Shown one piece after another: positions 1 to 14,109 of a stretch of DNA of 64,000 nucleotides. Source of the stretch: Octopus vulgaris (taxonomy: Eukaryota). Where the stretch lies: positions 89,156,001 to 89,220,000 of the forward strand of contig OX597816.1 in NCBI GenBank assembly GCA_951406725.2. Reading direction: 5' to 3'. The notes under the pieces are model-generated. The model saw nothing but the letters and a program-made list of their open reading frames with translations. It ran no database searches and was not told the origin of the DNA. Position numbers and translations under genes: made by a program. Numbering within the stretch: the first letter of the stretch is position 1; every line of letters starts with the position of its first letter.

Positions 1-46
1 TATGTGTGTGTGTGTATATGTATATATATATATGTATATGTATGTA

Positions 47-77
<31 letters not shown>

Positions 78-552
78 GTATGCGTGTGTGTGCGTGTGTC
101 TGTGTGCGCGGGCACGTATGTGCATGTGTACGGGCGCGTCTGTGCATATAATTACGCATAGACATACATGCACAAAGGTGCGCACACACACTTACATACA
201 CATATATATTATATAAATATCCATACATACGTATACATATATGAGAATTCGCCGCTGCTTCTGGTACTTAAATAATCACCACTACTATCGATTCTAGTTG
301 AAAATTCTTTTGATATTTTAGAGTGGTGTAATCAATGAAATCTACCTACTTACATGTTTACATTTTTAGAATTATCAAGGAGACTGTTAGGTAGTGTCGT
401 CCACAACGTACCTTGTCTGGATATACAATGTAACCTTTCAATAAATGTCTCATACCGAGTTTTTTTCTGTATTTGGGGTTACATACATTTTAATTATAGG
501 GGTGAAGATGCAGTATGACCAAATGGTTAAGATATTTTCTTTCCCCCTAGCA

Positions 553-835
553 CATTGGTTCCCAAACTTTTCCAGACTGCCGCCCCCTTGGCGCCCAGGT
601 CATATTCCTAGCGCTCCCTCGCCCTCCCTACCACAAATATAAACTACTTTCTGCAGCAAATTCAAAACAACTGTATTTCACAAATAAAACTTAAACCTAA
701 TTAACCTATTGATATTTTTTTACATCTATCACCCCATTTTGGTTACCCCATTATCATCCCACTTTTCTTCAATGCACCCCCTGGATCTTTCCACCGTCCC
801 CAAGGGAGCATTACTGCCCACTTTGGGAACTACTT
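553..835. mobile_element. hAT (Charlie-like) MITE
   Basis: Termini CATTGGTTCCCAAAC (553) and CTTTGGGAACTACTT (821-835) form an imperfect TIR of the CAGTGGTTCCCAAA type. Flanks ccctagca and cctagccc resemble an 8-bp TSD with a CTAG core. No coding capacity. Confidence 0.7.
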
Positions 836-1191
836 CCTAGCCCATACTTTTGCATAAGTGAAATTGAGTAACACTGAGTGAAAATAAAATTGTATAGACG
901 TTCGTTGATCTAACTGTGTTTGTATTTGAGGACAACTTTGTTACACATTGTGAGGAGCCGCTTCTGTCTGAGATTGACATGAAGTGCATAAGTGTCAGTG
1001 AAATGTTTAACCGCTTGCCCCTTAATTCTGAAGTAAGTAAATCATTTCTTCAAACATCTGAATCCTCGCCGTCCAGTGAAGAGATTCACTCAGTTAAAGA
1101 GGTAAATATTTGCTCACCTTACACCTGAAACTGTTTTTTAAATATTTAGTCTAATATTCAATCATAAAGATGGCGAGCTGGAAGAATCGTC

Positions 1192-1698
1192 ACATATTTT
1201 ATAGGAAACAAAATAAAAGCACAGATATCAGATCAGCTAGATTTAATATTAAGGAGAACGTGACACAATAAAGAAAATAGAACAGGAGAATATAGAATAA
1301 AGAAAGAAGAGATAACTGTAACAGAACCACCATGCAAGAAATTCCTTTCACGGAAACAAACAACAGGCAGGTCAAGCAATTGAATAACCTAATCTCTTCA
1401 GCTGTGACGGATCGCAGAAATTTGAGAGATATGTCCACACGTTTGTACTCTATAACAATACGATAATATGAAAAAACTCAAACCGCATATTTTATAGGAA
1501 ACAAAATAAAAGCACAGATATCAGATCTGCTAGATTTAATATTAAGGAGAACGTGACACAATAAAGAAAATAGAACAGGAGAATATAGAATAAAGAAAGA
1601 AGAGATAACTGTAACAGAACCACCATGCACGAAATTCCTTTCACGGAAACAAACAACAGGCAGGTCGAGCAATTGAATAACCTAATCTCTTCAGCTGT
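1192..1698. repeat. Direct duplication of a ~210-bp unit (1192-1405 and 1486-1698)
   Basis: catattttataggaaacaaaataaaagcacagatatcagatc...aatctcttcagctgt occurs twice with only a few substitutions. This explains the near-identical ORFs 1199..1438 and 1492..1728. Confidence 0.9.
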
Positions 1699-2339
1699 AG
1701 TGTAGGTTTTGGTGAAACCGGACTTCACTTTTGTCGAATCACACCCTCCTCAGCAAAACCTGACAAAAATAAGAAAAGAAAATATTGAAAAATAATGTTG
1801 AAAAATAATATTGAAAAATATACATCTTCCATTAGTGAAATGGAAAAAAAGATTCAGATAGGAAAGAAAAATAGAGAAAGTATACTAACAAAAGTAGACA
1901 CTCTGGTAAGAAGCGTTTTAGGAAATATCAACAAAAGCATTGAGGTTAGGATACACAGGAAAATGTTTCTCTGTGACAAAACTCGAAAAGCCACACCGAC
2001 ATGAACAGAAGTTCTGGCAAAGAGAAAGTAGAAGAAAAGAGAGAATAATACTGAAAGACAATAAACCAGAAAGTGATGCGTCTTTAAAAAGAAATACATT
2101 AACGCCGCAAGCATCACATAGCATTGTTGAAAATAAATTGAACGGCAAGCGACTGAAGAGGACCAGATTGCGAAATTTTTCCTAATTTCTGTCTGATGCA
2201 CTTGTGTGTTACTCACTAATCTGTAGCAACTGCATTCAATAAACTGGTAGTAAGCAAACCGAAATCATCACATGAATGACTGCCGTAGAGGAAACAATTT
2301 CAATTTCCCCTTCTACATGAAACAACCGGAAAATCCCAA

Positions 2340-2625
2340 ATATGTATTCACAAAACTTACTTGCAAATAACTTACAAATCTCTTGCAATAATAATCTATT
2401 ACAGAGTAGATGTTTAACTAGAGAACATTAATATCTTACGAAAGAACCAGAAAGGATGTCGGAGAGGGGTGTAAAGATGTATAAAACAGTTTCTGATAAA
2501 CAAGGATCTTAAAGAAATCAGCAAAGGAAAGAAACCAAAAACTGGGATGGAATAGGTTGACTATCGAAAAGCATGTGATTAGTATACCATGCTATGATTC
2601 TTGGGACACTCCTTATAAATACTTA
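2340..2625 (+). mobile_element. Degenerate R4-clade reverse transcriptase fragment
   Basis: Frameshifted translation ...LQITYKSL...KNQKGCRRG...QFLINK...(W)VDYRKACD aligns with PITCLNTTYKIL / QKGCKR / DQLLIN / AWIDYRKAYD of the ORF at 40833. Confidence 0.65.
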
Positions 2626-3192
2626 TAAATATAGCGGTTGCAATAGACATTACAATGCGATTGAATGATAGATGATAGTCTCGCGTCACTTAGAACAAAT
2701 ATTTTATACTATAGCCTCAGGGTAACCATTGCAGTCTATCGAAATCTGTCTATCGAATCTGAGATAGGAGATTTGAGCTTTTACACGGTTTATCTTCACC
2801 ACCCTGACATTGTACTACTTTTTAATAGAGGTGAAATACTTATTATAGACACATTAGGAAGACACAAGTGCAGAACCCAAGATTCTGATATTATATTAAG
2901 AATAGTAAATTGTACATTTGCTGATGTGCGAAAATCTTTTTAAGCTGGAATATTCGTTACTCTAACATAAGAGGGAACAGCTATTAGTGGCATAATATAG
3001 AGCTCGGTATACGTAGATGATGAAGCGCAATGACGCAGAAATGCAAGCAGCCTATGGTCTGACGATAGCGTTTGTGGTCTAGTGTTACGTTTAAAGTTAC
3101 GTTGTCTATAAGAAGAATATCTCTCGAGACAACTTGTATAGCGTATTATTTTACTATTTGCGAACAAGGTGAATAAGACTGTACAAACTTTT

Positions 3193-3556
3193 TTTATACT
3201 TCTCTTAGTCAGTTAATTGCAGCTAAGCTGCAACACCCCTTGAATGATTAAGTGAAACAAATCAACACTTTTCTTTTTCTAACCCTGGTCTGTTTTTGTC
3301 GAACTGCTATGTCAGGGAGTCACAAACAAACCAACAACAGTAGTCAAGCGAAAAAGGCAAAGACACACATACAAACGCCAATCCCCAGCATATATATGCA
3401 CGAAGGGATTCTTTTAGTTTCCGGCAGTAACATCCTCTTGAAAGGCTTTGGTCAGCCTGGGGTTATAACAGGAGAACATTGCTCAAGGTGTCACGCAGTG
3501 GTACTGAAATCGAATTATGCCGATGGCAAATAGACTTCTTACAGCACAGCCACGAC
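3193..3556 (-). mobile_element. Degenerate tRNA-derived SINE (CORE-like middle), octopus-type family
   Basis: The minus strand begins GTGGCTGTGCTG (A-box-like), then GATTTCAGTACC (B-box-like), then GTGACACCTTGAGCAATG (CORE-like). Its tail is similar to 5290-5480 and 13840-14036. Confidence 0.6.
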
Positions 3557-4239
3557 GTACATATATATGTATGTATATGTCTATGTGTCTATATATACGC
3601 GTTAGCAAGCGTATGTGTGCATAGGATCTGCAAGTGTGTGTGTATTTGTAAAATAGAGAAAGAGAGAGTGCGTGTGCGTGTGTGTGTGTGAGTTAATCTA
3701 TACAGTTATGACAGAATAAATTATAGGTTTTATGTTTTCATGACAAGTAACCGTTTTTCATATTTAATAAATATATAATACTCATTTCGTAAATTGTCTA
3801 TAGAATAACTATTAATGAATGAGTTTGAAATTTCGGCTGTCACTGTAAACAATAATTTCAACTCTATCCTCTTGCTAACAGAGACATTCGAGTTCATTCT
3901 TATCATTCACCAAAGAAATTTCTTTAACTCACATTCTGCAAACGACTTTACCTATATAATGCTACACATATTTAGTTTATTTCTCACTAGTGCACCGCAC
4001 CTGAAGCATATATATATATATACACCAAGCCTATATATTGTGATGCGTCTGTGTATATATGTATGTGTGTATGTCTACTTCCTCCCACCCACCTCTCCTC
4101 TCTTGCTTCGACTCCTATTTCTTCTCTTCATTCCTACTCTCTTTTTCCCTTCACTTCACTCCAACCCAACTCCTCCTTTCCCGCTCTCCCTTCATTGTCA
4201 CCCCACCCCTACACAATCCAACACCACATCACATCACAT

Positions 4240-4637
4240 CACGCCACGACGCACACACTAGCACTGACCACTTCCCAGCCCCACATCCTAACACCTGCAC
4301 ATACACGTGTCAAAGTCACCAGCCCTCTTCCACACGCACATAAATGCTTTCTTATACACACGCAAGTGAGTCTTCTTTTTGGGATCACCACTACTTTATC
4401 ATCTCCCCTTCTTCCTGGTTCTCCTGTGTGACCCCTCTGCCCGGCATTCGCCATGATAGATCGCTAGCCACAACACATTCTTAATTTTTTCTCCTTGATT
4501 CTTTCTGTGTTCCTTTTTGTGGAAAAGCGTCGGCTCGAAACGTTAAAGACTTCATTTCCCGAACGTTAAACTACCTACTACATCTGTTTGTTGTCTACAA
4601 AACCTGTCTTCGTCTTTTATATAATTGTGAATTCTCC

Positions 4638-4642
<5 letters not shown>
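4240..4642 (+). repeat. Interspersed repeat with a degenerate hammerhead-like motif at 4513-4549; related copy at 55020-55200
   Basis: cacatcacatcac...tagcactgaccacttcccagc...ttttgggatcaccactacttt is shared with 55020-55200. The motif reads cttt-TTGTGGA-aaagcgtcggctc-GAAACGTT-aaag. Confidence 0.6.
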
Positions 4643-4717
<75 letters not shown>

Positions 4718-4798
4718 CACACACACAGATATACAAATGTAGATATATAGACATATATATATATATATATATATACATATATATATAAATAGAAATGC

Positions 4799-4848
<50 letters not shown>

Positions 4849-5186
4849 GAAACAATGAAATCCCACCTAAGTCTGATTTTCACGTTTTAATATTTGCAAT
4901 TTTTACAATTTTACAATATTAAAATAAACTCATTATTTCATTCGTTACGCAAACATCAGGGTTATATATTGACAGTTGTGTTCAGCAGTTGAGAACTGGC
5001 AATTATATATAAATATGTATAAATATCTCTATATCTATGTATTTAACCAAATATCGAGATTAGTAGAGGATTCCAAACACCAATCCAGCACACATTGAAT
5101 CCAGACAAGAAGCAGTACAAAACAGGCATGGTAACTCAATGCTTTATAAGACATACACACATTTCAAAGAATCCCGAAATAATTGC

Positions 5187-5245
<59 letters not shown>

Positions 5246-5289
5246 CAGTACAATGTATTTCGTGGGGGCGTAGTAGTCACTCTCGTTAG

Positions 5290-5480
5290 ATTCTTTTACT
5301 TGTCTCAGTCAATTGACTGTGACCATGCTGGAGCAAAGCCTTTTTAATCGAAGAAATCGGCCCATGACTTATTCTTTGTAAGCCTGGTGCTTATTCTATC
5401 AGCCTCTTCTGCCGAACCGATAAGTTACGGAGTCGTAAATACACCAACATCAGTTGTAAAGCAATGGTGGCGGGAGCAAA
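5290..5480 (-). mobile_element. SINE 3' portion (same family as 3193-3556 and 13840-14036)
   Basis: ttcttttacttgtctcagtcaattgactgtgaccatgctggagc...gccgaaccgataagttacggagtcgtaaatacacc recurs at 13840 and 34370. Confidence 0.65.
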
Positions 5481-5499
5481 GATGACAATAACGGGCCCC

Positions 5500-6270
5500 A
5501 GATGAGTAAGTTGCTGCCTGTCAAGGAATTACCATTTGATATTTGGGAAACCATTTCATGGCCATAGAGTCTCCAGATGAAGCGAGAGAGAGAATTGGTG
5601 TTTCCATTATTCTTACACCTAGAGGAGTGCTTGTATTGTATATCTCTTCTGAGTTTTGGCTCTCATCAACTATGGTAAGGGAAGTTGTGAGAAAGGCTCT
5701 GTAGATTACAGCCTATCAGACGGATGATCCTATCAGTTGGAAGTCAGTAGGATTTCGATGCTTAATAGGTAGGAATATGGGTGGAATCTCACAAGGTGTG
5801 TGTTTGCTTCTCTTCTAGAGTGTGATATAAAAAGTTTAAGCATAACGAAACTTGACGTTATGGAGATTGAAAGCTTTATAATATCTATGAATTGCTAGGA
5901 AGTATATTTAGCACTAGGAGGCTTCTGTTCATTTTGCTTGGAACATTAAATTTGAATAGGGAATTCAACCAGAATCTTTTTGTCTTTCTAACCCTGTTCG
6001 ATCTGAACCGTGCGATGGAGGTGTTCCTCCACATATACAAATTTATCTATATAGCCTCTCTTCGCTAACAACTATCGTTACAATGGGATGCAACCCTGTA
6101 GATTTCTCAGTCTGCCGACAAATTAGAGAGGCTTCTCATATCTGGATCAATATTACTAATTACATTTGTGGGTGGTTGGAATATCTATGGAGACAAATAA
6201 TATCCTTCTTTGAATTTTCGTTATTTTAGTTGTTGCCCGCCCTGGGAGGATACCTCCATGGAAAATAGGC
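5500..6270 (-). mobile_element. Penelope-like element relic (RT C-terminus plus GIY-YIG)
   Basis: Interrupted minus-strand translation: SNHP...LSNLSAD*EIY...RGYIDKFVY; RFWLNSLFKFNV...RYYKAFNLHNVKFRYA; AVIYRA...YKHSSRCKNNGNTNSLSRFIWRL...IKW. Parallels the element at 22040-23010. Confidence 0.7.
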
Positions 6271-7281
6271 GTTTTTCAAGTTCGCTGCATCAGTTATATT
6301 TCGGTCAAATTGTTACAGAACTTTATCAGCTTAACTATAACATGGACATTGAAAAGGATTGTGACTGCCAAACAACAATACCTACACTGAGTCAAGCTAT
6401 TAGGATGTGTGCACATTTGTAATATATCTACAGTAAATAACCATATAAGGTAGAGAAATCATCCCCGTCATAGATAGATAGTGAGAGAAGGGTGAGAGAG
6501 ATAAGATTCAGTACGTGAAAAATGTTTTACATTACTATGACGAATAGGTATAACTAGATAGTATATTGACATATAAATACTCGGGGATATATAAAATGTT
6601 TTTGTTCCTACTCCCTTTGAGTTCTTTGAACATCACTTTGCATACGAATGCATTCTTCTTTTGACGATAAGTGAATTTTCTATAATATATAAAGCATACA
6701 TAAAATCATATGTGCGCATATATGTATATATGTATATGTGTGTGAGTGTGTGTAAATGTGTGAATGCGTATGTATGTCTTTATATATACAATTATATACA
6801 GACAAACATATGTATATATATATGTATACACATATATATATGTGTGTGTGTGTGCGTGTGTGTATGTATTATGTATGTATAACTAATATTGCATATCAAT
6901 AAATAAATTTTAAGCAGGTACTGCAACAGTTTTAGTTGATTTAAATTATTTTTGTTTCTTTACTGAATATTTTCTGCTCAAATACAACAATTTCTTGTAA
7001 AATATGTTCTACTCTATTCTGGCTTCGTGTCTCTAATTTGAAATTTGGAAAACTTTGGTCACGATTAACGTAAGAATATTTCTATCATTATTTCCAAATC
7101 TTTTTCTTACATTCTTAAGTTTATTTAAGTCTTTGTGATTCATACTGTTTTGTTTTATGCATGCATTCACACATGTAAATATACTTATGGGCTTGCATAC
7201 ACATTCTCATTTACAAGTAAATATATTTATATTTATGCATGTATACGTACAATTTTTATATTTGCATGTTTCTGTGAATGC

Positions 7282-7374
<93 letters not shown>

Positions 7375-7463
7375 TTTCTATGCACACAAACACACAAACA
7401 CACATACACATATACATATATGTATATACATACATTCATAAACATGTATTATGCATATACACA

Positions 7464-7572
<109 letters not shown>

Positions 7573-8348
7573 AATACACACCAAAATATACACTTATAAA
7601 CATGAATATATATGCACATATATTTGATTGAGTGTGTATTCAGTTTCTGAAATTACATGAATGCATTGATATTTGGATAAATTTTCTTTACTTAGTTTTT
7701 ATTCATAGATGTATTCATACCATACTGTATAACTCCCAAGATCTTGGTTTTATATATATGATTAAATGTATGCATTTCCCCATAATATATACACCTACAT
7801 ACTATGATAATGCAAGTATCGTGTTCTAATTGTTTCGACTCGAAATACACATACTGCTTGACTTTAGAGCTCTTTCCATGTGAATTCCTTATTCTAAAGT
7901 CGAAGCAGAAACGTCGATAGAATCACTTTTAATGCCTTCAATCATGCTTTATTCTAATGAAACTTACATATAAAATTGGGATGAACTGAAATACTTTTTA
8001 CAAAATATTCAAAAATTCTAGACCTAATCTCCATCGTTACGTAAAATGCTAAATGAAACATATACGTTTATAAACGTTTATAAACTTTTAAAGATGGTGC
8101 ACATTTATATGAATGTACATTGGTAGGTATATATGAGTAGGACCATGATGGCTATTTCGATACGTTAAATTCTTGCAATACAATCGAACCAAGTTTGTTC
8201 ATGTTTTGCATATGACCTTATTGCAAGTCATATTCTTCGAAACCTTGATGCGTATTCAATACCAGAAAACCTGATCATTGACAATTGCTGATTTAGTTAG
8301 ATAAAAGCACACAAATACGGTACACACACGCACCTCTATATTTACATA

Positions 8349-9239
8349 GAGGGGCTGGAGAAAATAATGGTAATAACTAGCGTCATAGCATCATAATTTT
8401 GAAATATCTATAAAACCCTCAAAAGCTTGTTTATTTTCATGTTATTTGATTTATTATTAATGTTGCTTAATATGTTTTGCTAAATTTGCTGTTTCTTTTC
8501 AGATATCATCAGGAAAAGGTAATTAAAATTCGTTAAAATGACAGATCTATCAGAATTTCAAAGAGGTCAAATTGTTGGTGCTGGAATTCCAGGCACTAGC
8601 CTAACGAAAACAGCCGAAATATTTGGTGTAACAAGAAGTACTATCTCGAAAATAATGGCGGCCTTTGAGAAAGAGGGAAAAAAACCTCCTCGTCGAAACA
8701 AAACTCCGATAGAAAACCAAAACTTTCAGAGAGGGACCGTCGGACTCTTACGCGAAATGTTAGAGAGAATCACAAAAGTACAGCTCCCAAAATTACTGCA
8801 GAGCATAATTCCCACCTTGAGAACCCAGCTTCCATAAAAACTGTTCGCCGGGAGCTGCACAAAGTCGGATTTCACGGGAGGGTTGCAATCAGAAAACCAC
8901 CACTTTCAAAAACAAACGTTGCAAAGCGTTTAGAGTGGAGTAAAAGTCTACAAAATTTTCCCTAGAGCAGTGGAAGAATGTTATTTTCTCGGACGAGTCA
9001 TCCTTTACCTTATTTCCAACCACCGGCCGAGTATACGTGTGGAGACAGTCAAAGGAAGCATTTGACCTAGACTGCCTTCTTCCAACTGTTAAACATGGAG
9101 GTGGATCTGTGATGATCTGGGGTGCTATATCTTGGAAATCCACCAGTAGCATTCAAGCTGAATATGCTGCCAAATTAGCCATATGAAAATAATTTTGTTT
9201 GAAATTTTAAGGTGTTTCCATTATTTTGTCCAGCCTCTG
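8349..9239 (+). mobile_element. Tc1-family transposon, internally deleted and frameshifted
   Basis: TIRs gaggggctggagaaaataatgg and ccattattttgtccagcctctg, flanked by TA. Transposase from 8538: MTDLSEFQRGQIVGA..., WKNVIFSDESSF, TVKHGGGSVMIWGAISW. The C-terminal DDE part is missing. Confidence 0.9.
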
Positions 9240-9275
9240 TATATTCGTGGATGCGGGTGCATATGTATGTATGTG

Positions 9276-9349
<74 letters not shown>

Positions 9350-9472
9350 AAAGAAAATTAAAAAGAAAAATATAAAAGATGCTTGGATCATTTTAATTGC
9401 ATGACAACTGGAGAAGTAATACAAGTATAAAAGGAGTCATATCAACAAAGCAACCCAAAAATAATCCCCACA

Positions 9473-9540
9473 ATTCTACATATGTTTGAATCATCAATAA
9501 TTGTAACTTAAACGATATAGTGTTAGATCTCTTCAGGAAA
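9473..9540 (-). ncRNA. Type I hammerhead-like motif (G12 lost)
   Basis: Minus strand: ttc-CTGAAGA-gatc...gatt-cAAACATATGTA-gaa. Stem I ttc/gaa, palindromic stem III ACATATGT, GUA site. Confidence 0.55.
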
Positions 9541-10227
9541 AATAAGTATATTTTCGGTCTTGAATTACGAAATGACTTTTTTAGGACAACGTTTAGGAAT
9601 TTTCAAACGTAATAAAACTACTCATTAGGACGCAGACTTCATGCGATCAGAAATTTATCGTTTAACCTTCAGGCAAATCTAATATACAAGTTATTAATTA
9701 TATATTATTTGAATGTATATGTACATATATATACTAAGAATTAAGGTTAAATAGATGATATAGTATGGGATGATGTTGTAAAGATTGGGTAAAAATTGTG
9801 CATAGGTGAGTTATATGGAGCGTAATTAAGGTAGGTTTCACAATAGGTGTGATACTATGTATTAATATAAGTATGGGATTAAGTATAATGATCAAAATAA
9901 AAATAAATTTAGAAAAAAAAGTCAGAAAAATTATATGTTAATATTAGGGGTTAATACAGAGTAATGAGGATAAAAACAGTGGTTATAATTATGCGCCTGT
10001 GTGTCATTTAATCTTGTAATTTGCATTACTTATCCGATTGTAATACAAATAAAATGAACCAAGCATCTTTTATATTTTTTCTTCTCCATTTTTTTTATTG
10101 ACCTTTTAATTGTATGAGACTGTTTATACACATACATTGAGGAACTTTCTATCAATATATTTGTTTAAACCCAGTTGGCATCTGGATTGTTTTTAACAAT
10201 CCCTTACGAGGATTTTATATATATATA

Positions 10228-10488
10228 AATTAATAAATAAGATAAAACATATGCATATATACATACGTATATGTACGTACCTACCTCTACATGTATATAT
10301 ACATGCATATATGGGTACAGGACACCAAAAGAACGTCGAACACAATGAGTAACGAAAACATAAACACAAAATCAAGGAGATGGACATTTTTCTTAAACAA
10401 CGAAAAAATAGAGTATAGGACATACAATACAAGGAAAATTCCCCTTCTTCAGTCGCCTTTGTTTCATCTACTCCGCGTTTCGAAGGTC
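10228..10488. repeat. Interspersed ~270-bp repeat, second copy at 15105-15365
   Basis: taataaataagataaaacatatgc...gtacaggacaccaaaagaacgtcgaacacaatgag...cttcttcagtcgc...tttcgaagg is present at both loci. Confidence 0.8.
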
Positions 10489-10839
10489 ATATATATATAC
10501 ATATATAGACAGAATATATATACATATATAGACGTATATATATATATATATATATATATTTATACGGATTTTTGCACACTACCTCAAACTGATGTAAGTA
10601 GTTTTTCTGCATAAAATATATGTTATTAACCAATGGACAAGTTTCAGTCCCGTGTTAAGATTTCAAAAGCGACTGAAGACTTAAAGACATTGTAATGTGG
10701 ATCATTCGATCTGTTTTTTTTCTATTTAAGATGCAGCTTATTTTGGATCACATTATGCAATGTGTCTTGCCATGTGAATATTATAGAGACTGAGGTTGCT
10801 GTTGCATTTGACAGTTCAAGGGACTATGTAGGTAAATCT

Positions 10840-10965
10840 CATGTACCAAATCCACTCACAAGGCATTGGTCCTCCCAATGCTACAGTAGAAGATACCCAA
10901 GATGTCACATAGGGAGATTGAACCCGAAGCGCTGTGGTTGTTAATCAAACTCCTTACCACACAGT
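10840..10965 (-). mobile_element. tRNA-derived SINE 5' fragment
   Basis: accaaatccactcacaaggcattggtc...tacagtagaagatacccaagatgtcac...ttaccacacag matches 3405-3556 and 16937-17030. Confidence 0.6.
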
Positions 10966-13839
10966 ACACTTCTTTTTTTATGGTGAATATTCATCATGAG
11001 TAGTGAAAACGCATTACTTCTTCGTTAAAAGAGAACAACGTCAAGTTAGTGAAATATGACCTTATGTTCAAATTCCAAACATGACCTTCCTAAAATAAAA
11101 CTCTAACGACCTGCTAAATTTAACGGATTACAAAGACTTGAGAAGGAGAACTATTGATTTTTAACATGAGCAAAACATGGATTTAAAAAATAATTTCAAA
11201 CCATAAAACGATCGAAATGTGAGCTTACATTATATGACGAAGAGGAAATATTTACGTGTACAAAAACAAAGATCAAACTATACGAAAAATATCAAAGTAG
11301 AAGAGCAACACATAGCTATAAACTGCATCTAAAACATCCCTATTATATCCCTCATTATTGCACTAAATGACCATAAAATTCATATAAATTCTAACTTATT
11401 TATTCAGCAGATTTCGCATTTCAAAAGATGTAAACAACACTGCAGTGTTTATCAAAATATTCTGTAAGTCAAAAATCACGATAAATTATGATTTATTCAC
11501 TTCTACAGGTCTTAATTATTAAGTCTCGTTTAGCCAGGGAAACTTTTGTAAGTTGTTTAATTCATGATATTTACATTCTACATACTTGATGGTTTGCCTA
11601 TCGTGCACACTCATGGATATCATTTCCTGCATGAAGTAGAGGAAATAATAAGTTAGAGGGAACTACAAGTATACTAAAAATACGTCTATTGAAATCAAGC
11701 CTAATACTAGTTTAACCAAATGTCATCGAGTCATTCGTCATATGATTTAGATAAAAGATGTTATTAGGGGCCGGTTTGATGATAGGGAAATCTCTGAAGT
11801 GTCAGATATTTTCAACGTCGTAGGGATCAAGTGTGATGACAATAGTGTTATAGAAGAAACAACAAAGATGATGGTCTCAACCGTCTAAACATCTTGAAAT
11901 CAGAATGTGAATCAGAGCAAGAATATTCAGTAAATTTCGCTTCAGAATAAAACATAACGATCATAATACGAAAGCCCAATGAACTCCCCAGGAAACTAAA
12001 GAATAAAAAGTAATACAAACAAGTCTGTGACTAAGCGTAGCCTAAAATATCATCATGGTATCTTCCTGCGAAGCCACGTTCAAAATACCATGGCGTTATC
12101 TAAAGCATTCTTTTGTAATTTTGCCACTATCCTAAACATCAAGTACTGACCAATAACACACAGTAAATAGTCCTATTTAACTTCTAGGAAGATGAATATA
12201 ATATGATACAAACCTCCATACAATAACAATGTGAGCCCCTACTTAGAGACAATTATGAACGTAAGCACATTTCAGTTACCTGGAATAATGAGCATAATTG
12301 ATGTACTCAGGACCTGCAGAATGTCTCCGTACATTCACCAGATCTATTTCAACTAATATGCATTTCACTATTTGTAGAAGCTAATCCATCGTTTGAGAAG
12401 TAGAGAATATTACTCGTTTCATTTCGCAGGATAAAGGTTTAGTTAGACACGCTTACCTTTGCAATGTATTGTAGCGGCTTCACACTCTTAGTAGGTTAGT
12501 AATCGGACGATTCAGCAATATGTGATTCATATGAGGTTGGCAGAATGACACAACATGAGGTTAGGAAACAATTATCGACCAGAGGTTTAGGTTTAAACCA
12601 ACAGCAATTGACTGGAAGTGTATTTTATAGTTTAGATTTTAATGCTTAATCCATCGGCAACTTCTAGTTGATACCCGTACTCTGGGCAGGTTTATGTTCT
12701 TATCGATAAACGCACTAAGACGATGGTAAACAAAAAGAGAAATCTAGAAAAATTCAGACTCGGAAACAAGAACGTTTAACTAGTTCTACTCGTCAGAGAC
12801 ACTAAATAAGCATTTCTGTGTGTTCAGCATTACCCTGTGGCTCACTGATATTTCGGTGTACATTCTCAATCTAGAGTGGGGCTTACAGCACTCGTAACTT
12901 TCACTAAGATCTGTGTTTTTAATATATCCACGACATATTTATTTGTGTTGCTACAAACGTCCTTCTATCCATTCATGTATCTGTTGTTTTGTTAACGGTA
13001 TGTCTTTTTCTGCACTGACAGGGCAGGTTATAAACGAAATAGGATTTTAAGCATTACAGGTTGTCGCTGTATTGTTGCCTGAATGGTCAACGCTTAAGAT
13101 GATACTTCTTTTGTACTGCTGTTGTGCTCACTAGTATTTAGTATTTAATAGCACAACCAGTGGTATATCTAAAGGAGACTAAACCTTGTTTGATAAGAAC
13201 ACGAACATATCATTAAGCATCTCTCCATAGGATGACAAGGCAATATAAATCGAACTAGTTATTCCTTAAGCGTTAGTGTTTCTTTTGCTCTTTTCCCATT
13301 TTCTCTTTTTCTGCCATTTCCTCTGCCATAAATGCTGTTGCTAAATGTAGTACTACATTTTTCGACTGACCACGAAAACTGGTGCTTCGTTCATATTTCT
13401 GCCCCTTAAGTTACAGAAAATATGATCTGTAATCTTGTTGTCTCTATGGGCATACATTTTCGCTCTCTGTTCAAACTATCATATAATATAGTCCACGTAA
13501 AGAAGGAGGGAATGTTTAGATATGGCGCCCACCGATTTCCTTTTTCACCTCTATGAAGACCAAATTAAAGTACCACAAAACGTCGTAGAAAGGTTCCAGA
13601 GTATATATAATCAGCTTTTTACATTTACGAGGGATGATGATTAAATCAATGATCTGAACAAATATGAAATATTTCAATTAGGATTATAATAATATCGGCC
13701 ACACCTCGAAATTAGAATGTGATACTGAAGCCTCGAAGGCAGCTTTGAAATCGAGATAAAACACTCTTGCTGTTTCAGTGTCGTCTACAATGTGGAGTCA
13801 AGTTTAATATAAAATCATGGTTATAATTTCTATGACAAC

Positions 13840-14034
13840 CTTTTACTTGTTTCAGTAATTTGACTGCATCCATGCTGGGGTACCGCCATACTGAGTTTTA
13901 GTCGAACAAATCGATCACAGGACTAATTTTTACAGCCTACTACTTATTTTGTCGGTCTGCTTAGCCGAACCGATATGATGACGGGGACGTAAACACACAA
14001 CTGCAGTGGCGAACCGGTGATGAGGACAGCACAA

Positions 14035-14036
<2 letters not shown>
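13840..14036 (-). mobile_element. SINE 3' portion
   Basis: Similar to 5290-5480 (ttttacttgtttcagt...ccatgctgggg...gccgaaccgata...gggacgtaaacacac). Confidence 0.65.
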
Positions 14037-14071
<35 letters not shown>

Positions 14072-14109
14072 CCGGGCAAGGCTATATGGTAAATAGCTTG
14101 TAGTAAATA

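Noticed and set aside
898-1101. Possible + strand exon (AG...GTAAAT, 68 open codons)
   Set aside because: No polypyrimidine tract, no recognisable domain and no partner exons. Needs RNA-seq.
1795-2185. Lys-rich ORFs
   Set aside because: No recognisable domain. Short and A-rich, probably an unidentifiable repeat remnant.
7854-7920. Hairpin followed by GAAACGTC (hammerhead 3' half)
   Set aside because: No CTGANGA upstream of the stem.
11010-11340. Very decayed PLE RT-like text (also at 17050-17480)
   Set aside because: Only isolated short motifs (W.K...CEL, FLDV, SNH). Too degenerate to support.
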